Origin: Rhizomicrobium sp.
GTDB lineage: Bacteria; Pseudomonadota; Alphaproteobacteria; Micropepsales; Micropepsaceae
Direction: 5' to 3'
Assembly: GCA_035251465.1 (NCBI GenBank)
Contig: DATFEF010000028.1
Span: 715-64,714 of the forward strand
DNA length: 64,000 bases
The notes beneath the pieces are model-generated. The model did no database searches. It worked only from the letters and a program-made list of their open reading frames with translations, and had not been told where the DNA came from. This document shows positions 1-7,235 of this stretch, piece after piece (positions within the stretch are counted from its first letter, which is position 1; every line of letters begins with the position of its first letter). The translations under genes and the position numbers were made by a program.

Positions 1-269
1 AGACGGGCGCCCTTGAAGGGTTTCTTTGAGAGGCTGGTAATCGCGACACCGGCAAGACGCCCGATGAAATCGTCCAGGGCCGGGTCATAGTCGTAGCACC
101 AGATAATCCGCAGCTGAGCCTTTATCGCATTGGGCCGGATGTCGTTCCAGCTGGGCAAGCGGGGGGGCGAACAAATCTGGCGCCAATACTGTGCAACCTC
201 CTTGAGATCCGGCGACGCAATCGAACTTTCGAATTGCGCGAACGCTCGCTCGAACTCGCTGGTCGTCAC
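1..269 (-). CDS. Stand-alone PAS_5-type domain protein, runs off the left edge
   Basis: Absent from the ORF track. Manual minus-strand translation from GTG at 269 gives MTTSEFERAFAQFESSIASPDLKEVAQYWRQICSPPRLPSWNDIRPNAIKAQLRIIWCYDYDPALDDFIGRLAG..., open to position 1. The YW...LPSWNDIRP...RLAG pattern resembles PAS_5. Confidence 0.65.
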   Translation of the reverse strand, partial: MTTSEFERAFAQFESSIASPDLKEVAQYWRQICSPPRLPSWNDIRPNAIKAQLRIIWCYDYDPALDDFIGRLAGVAITSLSKKPFKGAR

Positions 270-346
270 CGAATCGCATCCCTGAGGGCGCCACACCCTA
301 CTCCAAGGTGCCCCGCCCGCAACCCGCTTCCGCAAGGGCGCCCAGG

Positions 347-511
347 CTAGTGTCGTGGTTTCGAAGCTCGCCACATCATCGGCATCAGGCTCTTGGCGAA
401 CGTCGAAACCAAAACGACACTAGGAATCAATAAGTTGCTGGTGTCCTTACGATTCCGAAATTCCTAGAACCCGATGCATGTATCATGCGAATTTCGGAAT
501 CGGGACACTAG
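347..511. repeat. CTAG-bounded double-palindrome MITE/REP-like element
   Basis: Two hairpins: ctagtgtcgtggtttcgaagctcgcc...ggcgaacgtcgaaaccaaaacgacactag (347-423) and ctggtgtccttacgattccgaaattc...gaatttcggaatcgggacactag (438-511). Outer ends CTAGTGTC/GACACTAG are inverted repeats. Confidence 0.8.
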
Positions 512-739
512 CGTGCTTGCGCCGGGAATACCGCAATCCAGGGCGTATCCGCCGCGTCACTTGTTTTTGTAAAGGCTTCCGAAAGGTTAATCTTCCGGGG
601 GCTGACAATATGTCAAAGCCTCCCACCGGGAATGCCAGGCGAAAAATGTTCCACCGCTCTTCACAATTGGTCTGGTTTGCAGTTCCGGAACAACTGCTGC
701 ACGCTGCGTGATCTAAGCTTCGCATGGATCGGCGGTCAT

Positions 740-3700
740 ATGGTGAGGCCAATCGGGACCCTTAGATATGCGCGCATCGGCATATTCGCGGTCATCCTGA
801 TTTGCGGCGTCGCGCTGGCCGGCTGGCAACTGGAAATTCCCGTCCTGACCAGTTTCGTGCCCGGCTGGCCGCGCATAGCGCGTATTGTACTCTTTTGCTT
901 TGTGTTGTGCTCCGCCGGCGTCCTGGAACTGACCCTGCCGGCCAGGCACCGATTCCTTTTGCTAGCGCGGATCGCCGGCGCAAGCCTGGTATTGGCGATC
1001 AGCGTCTCTGTGCTGATCGACTTTGCCGCTGCGGGCGGCCCTGACGCCCGCATACCGGCGTTCCGCGATCTTTTTGGCCCCCGGCTGGAGCGCCCACACC
1101 CGGCCAGTGCCTTCAATTTTCTGATGGCCGCCACGGCCTTGCTGCTGCCGCGCACCGAGCGGTTCGGACGGATTTTCACCGGCCTGATCACGCTGGGCCT
1201 CATTGTCACCGCCTTTAATTTCGTGGGCTACGCCTATGGCATCGCGGCGCTCTCCCGGGGACCAACCATCTCGGCAATGGCGCTGCCCACGATGATCGCA
1301 TTCATCCTGTTCTTCTTATCGGCGCTGCTGGCAAGATCCGGGTCCGGCTGGACCGCCGTCATCCTGGCGCGCGACAGTGGCGGCATCACGGCGCGCCGCC
1401 TCTTTCCGGTCGTTCTGGCCTTTCCGTTCATGACCAACGGGATCATTCTTTTGGCGCACCGCTCTCATCCATTCGAGGCGCCGTTCGGTTTCGCCATCCT
1501 GGCGGTGATCACCGCGATCGGCCTGGGCACCATCACTATTGTCATTGCCGATTGGGTCGCCCGCGGTGAAGAGGGGCGGCAGCGAAGCCAAGCCTTGCTG
1601 GAGGCGGTGGTCGATAACAGCATGGCGATGATCCATGTCAAAGACCTTGCGGGCCGCTATCTCATGGTCAACCGCCGCTATCTGGATATTTTCCATGTCG
1701 ATCGGAAGGCGGTGATCGGCAAGACTGATTACGACATCTTCCCCAAACAGGAGGCCGACGCCTTTCGCGCCACGGACGAACAGGTGGTCCGCACCGGCCA
1801 TCCGCTGACCGCGGAGGAATGGGCCACGCAGGCGGATGGGGTCCACGCCTATGTTTCGATAAAGGCTCCGCTGCGGGACGCTGGGGGGCGCTCCTACGCC
1901 ACATTCGGAATCTCCACGGACATCACCGAAAGCAAGCGGAGCGAGCGAGCGTTGGCCGCAAGCGAAGAGCGCACGCGCCTGATCGTTGAGACGGCGTTGG
2001 ACGCCGTGGTCAGTATCGATCGGGGCGGCGCGATCACCGGCTGGAATCCGCAAGCCGAGAAAATCTTCGGATGGACGCGTCAAGAGGCCCTTGGCCGGCC
2101 GATTGAAGAAACCATCATGCCACAGCGTTTCCGCGCGGCCCACAAGAACGGGCTGGCCCGCTATCTCGCCACCGGAGAGGCCAGGGTTCTCGACCGGCGC
2201 ATCGAGTTGACCGCGCTTCACCGCGACGGTTGTGAATTCCCCGTCGAACTTTCGATCACGCCGACGGGCACCGGCGATGCGGCGGGATTCAGCGCTTTCT
2301 TGCGCGATATCACCGAGCGCAAAGGCTCCGAATCCCGGCTGCAATCGCAATTGGCGCGCCTGGCGCTGCTGGAGCGGATTACCCATGCCGTCGGCCAGCG
2401 CCAGGACTTGCGCAGCATCTTCCAAGTGGTCGTGCGCACCCTGGAAGACCGGCTGCCGGCGGATTTTGTCTGCATCGGATCCTATGATTCGACCAAGAAC
2501 GAAATCACGATCGGCCATGTCGGCGCCAACAGCACGCGTTTGGGGCACGAGCTGGGCATCGCCGAGCGCGCCACCATAGCGGTGGACGGCAACGGCCTGT
2601 CGCGCTGCATGCAAGGCGTCCTGGTTTATGAACCGGACATCGCGGCGGTCGATTATCCCTTCGCGCGCCGGCTTGCGGGCCAGGGGCTGCGATCCCTGGT
2701 GATCAGCCCCTTGATGATCGAGCAGGATATTTTCGGGATTCTGGTGGCGGCGCGCCGGAATGAACGCGCCTTCAACAGCGCCGATTGCGAATTCCTGAGA
2801 CAGCTTGGCGAGCATGTCGCCCTGGCCGGCCACCAGGCGCAACTGCGAAACAGCCTGGAGACCGCCTACAACGATCTCAAACAGACCCAACAGACCATCA
2901 TGCAGCAGGAGCGGCTGCGGGCCCTGGGACAGATGGCGAGCGGCATCGCCCACGATATCAACAACGCCATTTCGCCGGTCGCCGTCTACACCCAATCGCT
3001 GCTTGAGCGGGAGCCGGACCTTCCCGCCCAAGTGCACCGCTATCTGGAAACGGTCGATCGCGTGGTGAAAGACGTTTCCGCCACGGTCGGCCGGATGCGC
3101 GATTTCTATCGCCGCAACGACGCCGACAGCGAGCTGAGAGCCCTCAATCTCAACACATTGATTCCGCAGGTCGTGGAACTGACGCGGGCGCGCTGGAACG
3201 ACATGCCCCAGCAGCGCGGCATCGTGATCCGCATCGTGACGCAGCTGGAGAATGATCTTCCCCTGGTGTTGGGCAACGCGGCGGAACTGCGCGAAGCCGC
3301 CACCAACCTCATCTTCAATGCCGTGGACGCGATGCCCAAGGGCGGCACCATCACCATTCGCACCGTCGCGGCCCCCGATCCGTCCCGGCCCGGCGCAGGC
3401 CGGGTGCGACTTGAGGTCGAAGACAGCGGCGTGGGCATGGACGAGGACACACGCCGCCGCTGCCTGGAGCCGTTCTTCACCACCAAGGGCGAACGCGGCA
3501 CCGGCTTGGGCCTGGCCATGGTCTATGGCACGGCCCAACGCCACAAGGCGAAGCTGGATATCCAAAGTGCGCCGGGAAAAGGAACCGGCATGATCCTGAG
3601 CTTTGCGGCGACGGAGGAACGCCAGGAACAGGAGCAGAGGGCCAAGGCGCCCACGGTCCCGGTCTTGCGTATACTGCTTGTCGACGACGACCCTTCGGTT

Positions 3701-4072
3701 CTGGAATCGACGCGGTATGTGCTGGAGCTTGACGGGCATAGCGTGGTGCCGGCGGATGGCGGTCGCGCCGGCATCGATGCCTTGCGGGAAGCAAAAAAGG
3801 ACAATCGGCCTTTTGATGTGCTGGTGACCGATCTTGGAATGCCCTATGTCGACGGCAATGCGGTCGCCCGCGCCACCAAGGAACTTTTTCCCGCAACAAT
3901 GGTCGTTCTCTTAACCGGCTGGGGAATAAAAATGGGGGAAGACGGCAAGCGCAAGGCGCATGTCGATCATGTGTTGCCCAAGCCCTTTGACCTCAATGAA
4001 TTGCGGGCGGTATTCCTGCACCATCCCAAGGCGCAATTGGCCGACGGGGCACAAAAGCAGACCGGCGCGTAG
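740..4072 (+). CDS. Membrane hybrid histidine kinase (multi-TM, PAS, PAS, GAF, HisKA, HATPase, REC)
   Basis: Hydrophobic N-terminal ~270 aa, two PAS folds, GAF, H-box GIAHDINN, N-box NLIFNAVDAM, FFTTK..GTGLGL, REC with VDDD/TDLGMP/KPF. Start chosen at ATG 740; the ORF is open from 632. Confidence 0.9.
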   Translation: MVRPIGTLRYARIGIFAVILICGVALAGWQLEIPVLTSFVPGWPRIARIVLFCFVLCSAGVLELTLPARHRFLLLARIAGASLVLAISVSVLIDFAAAGGPDARIPAFRDLFGPRLERPHPASAFNFLMAATALLLPRTERFGRIFTGLITLGLIVTAFNFVGYAYGIAALSRGPTISAMALPTMIAFILFFLSALLARSGSGWTAVILARDSGGITARRLFPVVLAFPFMTNGIILLAHRSHPFEAPFGFAILAVITAIGLGTITIVIADWVARGEEGRQRSQALLEAVVDNSMAMIHVKDLAGRYLMVNRRYLDIFHVDRKAVIGKTDYDIFPKQEADAFRATDEQVVRTGHPLTAEEWATQADGVHAYVSIKAPLRDAGGRSYATFGISTDITESKRSERALAASEERTRLIVETALDAVVSIDRGGAITGWNPQAEKIFGWTRQEALGRPIEETIMPQRFRAAHKNGLARYLATGEARVLDRRIELTALHRDGCEFPVELSITPTGTGDAAGFSAFLRDITERKGSESRLQSQLARLALLERITHAVGQRQDLRSIFQVVVRTLEDRLPADFVCIGSYDSTKNEITIGHVGANSTRLGHELGIAERATIAVDGNGLSRCMQGVLVYEPDIAAVDYPFARRLAGQGLRSLVISPLMIEQDIFGILVAARRNERAFNSADCEFLRQLGEHVALAGHQAQLRNSLETAYNDLKQTQQTIMQQERLRALGQMASGIAHDINNAISPVAVYTQSLLEREPDLPAQVHRYLETVDRVVKDVSATVGRMRDFYRRNDADSELRALNLNTLIPQVVELTRARWNDMPQQRGIVIRIVTQLENDLPLVLGNAAELREAATNLIFNAVDAMPKGGTITIRTVAAPDPSRPGAGRVRLEVEDSGVGMDEDTRRRCLEPFFTTKGERGTGLGLAMVYGTAQRHKAKLDIQSAPGKGTGMILSFAATEERQEQEQRAKAPTVPVLRILLVDDDPSVLESTRYVLELDGHSVVPADGGRAGIDALREAKKDNRPFDVLVTDLGMPYVDGNAVARATKELFPATMVVLLTGWGIKMGEDGKRKAHVDHVLPKPFDLNELRAVFLHHPKAQLADGAQKQTGA

Positions 4073-4110
4073 CGGCAGGCATGCGCCTGCGAAAAACCGC
4101 CGCCCGCGCC

Positions 4111-4136
4111 AAGACAAATCGCGAAGACAAATCGCG
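4111..4136. repeat. Perfect 13-bp tandem direct repeat upstream of the ETR1-like gene
   Basis: aagacaaatcgcg occurs twice (4111-4123, 4124-4136). Confidence 0.8.
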
Positions 4137-4223
4137 GCAATCGGGGTAGACTGTGTTCGCTATGAGTTCTGGCTGGGGACGGCGCCGCATCGTCCCTGTT
4201 CCGCGAAAACGGGGGAGAGCTTG

Positions 4224-4637
4224 ATGGATATGCCGTCGCACGATGTGGTGCAGGGGTTTCTCAACGCGCATAGCTGGTACCGCATCGACACGCCGTTGGA
4301 CTATCTGCGCGCCGGTCTTTGGTGCGTTTCAAACCTCGCCACGGCGCTGGCCTATTTCTTCATCCCCAATGAGCTTCGCTATTGGCGACGGGTGCTGCCC
4401 TTTGCCGCCTCCACGCTGCTGGGGACCCTCTTCATCGCCTTCATTGCCTTTTGCGGCCTGTCGCATCTGTCGATGCTGGCGATCATGCAGACCGCGCCCT
4501 GGTGGGCGATCCTGCTGATCTATCTTCCGATGGCGATCGTGTCGGTCGCCACCGTCATCGTGATGCGCAAGGATCGCGCGCTCATCCTGTCGGTGCTGGA
4601 AAGCATCAGCAAGGCCCTGACGGCCAAACGCTCATGA
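4224..4637 (+). CDS. Stand-alone ethylene-receptor (ETR1-type) transmembrane sensor domain protein, 137 aa
   Basis: GGAG RBS 6 nt before ATG 4224. Three hydrophobic helices SNLATALAYFFIPNELRYW, FIAFIAFCGLSHL and MAIVSVATV match ETR1 SDFFIAIAYFSIPLELIYF, FGAFIVLCGATHL and TAVVSCATA. Confidence 0.85.
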   Translation: MDMPSHDVVQGFLNAHSWYRIDTPLDYLRAGLWCVSNLATALAYFFIPNELRYWRRVLPFAASTLLGTLFIAFIAFCGLSHLSMLAIMQTAPWWAILLIYLPMAIVSVATVIVMRKDRALILSVLESISKALTAKRS

Positions 4638-6109
4638 CGCCGGATAGCGCGGACCCGGCACCAACCGCGCTTCCCGACGAAGCGCAAGACGAGCGGGAAT
4701 CCCTATGGGAAGACGCGCGCAGGGCCGTGGCCAGCCTGGAAGCGGCGGTCGATACCACGCCGCGCTGGATAGCCGCCATGCTGGCGTTGATTGCCGCTCT
4801 GCTGTTCCTGCTCGGCTCCTATGGCGTCAACCGCCTCAATGCCGGCCGGACGCGGGAGGCTCTCGATCAGGTTCAGCGCAACAGCGCGGTGATCGACCAG
4901 ACTGCCAGCGCCAATCTGGCGATGTTGCGGGTCGATGTTGCCATGCGCGGCTATGCCCTGACGGGCACCGACCTGCATGCCGAGGCCTATCTGAGGAACC
5001 GGGCGGCGCTGACCGCGCGATTCGACGAATTGGCCAAGCTGGTTTCCGGCAATGTCGCTCAGAGCAAAAGGATGGCGCAGCTAAAGGCCGAGATCGGAAA
5101 ATATTTCGCCGATTACGACTCAGCGGGCGGACGGTCCATTCCCGACAGGCAGGATCTCGCCCGCAGGCTTTCCGGGCCCTCGGTGCCGCAACGCGACAGG
5201 CAATATGGCTTGCGCGTGCGGGCGCTGTTCGATGCTATCGCCAATGCCGAACGCGATACGCTGGCGATACGGCGAAGCGATGCGGACGCAAACCGAAGAT
5301 CGATGCAGCTGATCGCCGATATCTGCATCGTCCTGGCGATCCTGTCGGGGGCGGCCGGCCTTTTGCTGATGCAGAGGGAGCGGGGCAAGAGCAAGCTGCG
5401 CGAATTGCATCTGGAATACATGCACACCCAGCGCCTGGCGCTGATGGGCCAGACGTCGGTGGCGATCGCCCATGAGGTCAAGCAGCCGCTGACGGCGGCG
5501 AGCAATTACCTGGCCGTGCTGCGGAACCTTTCCGCCGGGGGCGCGCATCTGCCGCCCGAACGCGCCAAGGAGATCCTGCCGAAGATCGAGATTCAGATCC
5601 ACCGCGCCGGCGAGATCGTACAGCGGCTGCGCAACTTCCTGGCCATGCGCGGCGGCGAGCGCGTCAGCGAGATGCCGAAAATCCTGATCGCCGACGCGGT
5701 GGACCTTTTGGGCACCCTGGATGCGGCCATCAAGCTGGAAACCCATGTCGAGCTTGGCCTGCCTGCCGTCCTGGTCGACCGGGTGCAGGTTCAGCAGGTG
5801 CTGGTCAATCTGATGCGCAACGCCCTGGACGCGATGAAGGACAAGCCGCAGCGGCGGCTGGTTCTCAAAGCCGCGGCGGCACCGGGCAGCAAAGTCAAAA
5901 TCACCATCGAGGATAATGGTTCGGGCCTGTCCGATCAGATCGCCAAAAATCTCTTCAAGCCGTTTGTCAGCAGCAAGCATGGCGGCATGGGCGTTGGCTT
6001 GTCGATCTGCCATACCATCATCACCGCCCATGGCGGGCGGATATGGGCGGACGCCCTGCCCTCGGGCACCGCATTCCATTTCACCTTGCCCACCGCGCGC
6101 CAGGCGTGA
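4634..6109 (+). CDS. CHASE3-domain sensor histidine kinase with FixL/NtrB-like kinase core
   Basis: ATGA overlap with the upstream stop. TM-CHASE3 (MRGYALTG)-TM, then IAHEVKQPL, QQVLVNLMRNA, DNGSG and GMGVGLSIC. Confidence 0.88.
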   Translation: MTPDSADPAPTALPDEAQDERESLWEDARRAVASLEAAVDTTPRWIAAMLALIAALLFLLGSYGVNRLNAGRTREALDQVQRNSAVIDQTASANLAMLRVDVAMRGYALTGTDLHAEAYLRNRAALTARFDELAKLVSGNVAQSKRMAQLKAEIGKYFADYDSAGGRSIPDRQDLARRLSGPSVPQRDRQYGLRVRALFDAIANAERDTLAIRRSDADANRRSMQLIADICIVLAILSGAAGLLLMQRERGKSKLRELHLEYMHTQRLALMGQTSVAIAHEVKQPLTAASNYLAVLRNLSAGGAHLPPERAKEILPKIEIQIHRAGEIVQRLRNFLAMRGGERVSEMPKILIADAVDLLGTLDAAIKLETHVELGLPAVLVDRVQVQQVLVNLMRNALDAMKDKPQRRLVLKAAAAPGSKVKITIEDNGSGLSDQIAKNLFKPFVSSKHGGMGVGLSICHTIITAHGGRIWADALPSGTAFHFTLPTARQA

Positions 6110-6395
6110 CGCATTGCCGGAACTTCATCTGCCGAGCTGGCGTCGCCGGGGGGGTAACTCCCAGGAAGACCATACCGTCTGAAAGCCCGCGGGCATGGTC
6201 GCTCTGTTTTCTGGTCGCGCCGGCAGGCCCTGCGCGTCTGCTTCGCAGCCGCTTCGGGTTGCCGGTCGCTCCCCGTGCTGCACTAGCGAAGGATGCGTTG
6301 GCGGCCAAGCCAACGGAACGTGCGGCAACATCGCGTTGCGGCTGTCACGCACTTACGTCATCATCCTGACCAACCAAACGCCAGGGGAGACACAC

Positions 6396-6935
6396 ATGCA
6401 CACCGCTATCAAATATGCCCTCACGGGAGTCATTGCCGCAGGCCTGGGCGCCGCCGGTTTCGCGGCCATCGCACAGACCGATCCCAAAGTCGGCGTCACC
6501 GTCAATGATCCGGTCGGCCCCGTGCCCGATCCCGCCCGTGTGGGCTTTACATTGTCCAAGGACCTCAAGTGCACCGGCACCGAAGGCAAAATGCAGATGT
6601 GCTACCTGTATGGCGATCCGAAAAAGCCGGGTCCCTATACCGTGATGTACAAATGGTGGCCGGGCAATTTCTCCAAGCCGCATTATCACAACAATGAACG
6701 CTGGGCCTATATCGTTTCCGGCACCTGGTGGACCGCCTCCACCACCGTCTATGACGAGCGCACCACCTATCCGGTCCCTGCCGGCTCGGTGGCGGTCGAC
6801 AAGCTGAAGGGCATTCATTGGGACGGCGCGCGCAAGGGCGAAAAGGAGCCCACCGTACTGATCCTGTCAGGCACCGGCCCCCACACCAGCCAGCTTGTGG
6901 ACGAGAATGGCAAGGACCTGGGCCCCCCCTTCTAA
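6396..6935 (+). CDS. Secreted cupin-domain protein
   Basis: GGAG RBS, signal-peptide-like N-terminus, cupin motif PHYHNNERWAYIVSG and a later H (GIHWDG). Confidence 0.75.
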   Translation: MHTAIKYALTGVIAAGLGAAGFAAIAQTDPKVGVTVNDPVGPVPDPARVGFTLSKDLKCTGTEGKMQMCYLYGDPKKPGPYTVMYKWWPGNFSKPHYHNNERWAYIVSGTWWTASTTVYDERTTYPVPAGSVAVDKLKGIHWDGARKGEKEPTVLILSGTGPHTSQLVDENGKDLGPPF

Positions 6936-6960
6936 GACCCGTTAAGAAGTGGAACACATG

Positions 6961-6997
6961 GCGTTACGCCGCCCGAACCGCTCGGGCGGCGTAACGC
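6961..6997. terminator. Perfect 16-bp-stem hairpin after the cupin gene
   Basis: gcgttacgccgcccga-accgc-tcgggcggcgtaacgc. No strong U-tract follows. Confidence 0.5.
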
Positions 6998-7040
6998 TGT
7001 GGAAGCATCGGTGGGCGGCCGGACTAAGGAGGGCGCAGTT

Positions 7041-7235
7041 TTGAAAAAATTCCAGCCAGTCTATTTGTTTCTGCTGATTCCCTATGCCGCCTGGGTCTGG
7101 GTGCCGTTCTACAACCGCCTGGAGCCCAGCCTGTTCGGTATTCCCTTTTTCTACTGGTCGCAGATCGCGGGCATTTTCCTGACCGCGCTGTGCATCCTGC
7201 CGGTCTACCTCCACCAAGAAAGCCGCCGCAAATGA
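7041..7235 (+). CDS. DUF3311-like small membrane partner of a solute symporter
   Basis: AGGAGG RBS, TTG start, VPFYNRLEPSLFGIPFFYW motif, ATGA overlap with the symporter. Confidence 0.85.
   Translation: MKKFQPVYLFLLIPYAAWVWVPFYNRLEPSLFGIPFFYWSQIAGIFLTALCILPVYLHQESRRK

Noticed and set aside
85-294. 69-aa minus-strand ORF in the track
   Set aside because: Wrong frame; another minus frame encodes the PAS_5-like protein running off the window edge.
1316-3739. 807-aa minus-strand ORF, and similar long antisense ORFs at 20951-22789, 42137-43669 and 57297-59087
   Set aside because: Shadow frames of high-GC genes on the opposite strand, with no recognisable motifs.
3960-4223. N-terminal extension of the ETR1-like ORF in the track (225 aa)
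   Set aside because: It overlaps the upstream kinase, and a clear RBS precedes ATG 4224.
4382-4633. N-terminal extension of the CHASE3 kinase ORF
   Set aside because: It lies out of frame inside the ETR1-like gene; the ATGA overlap marks the likely start.
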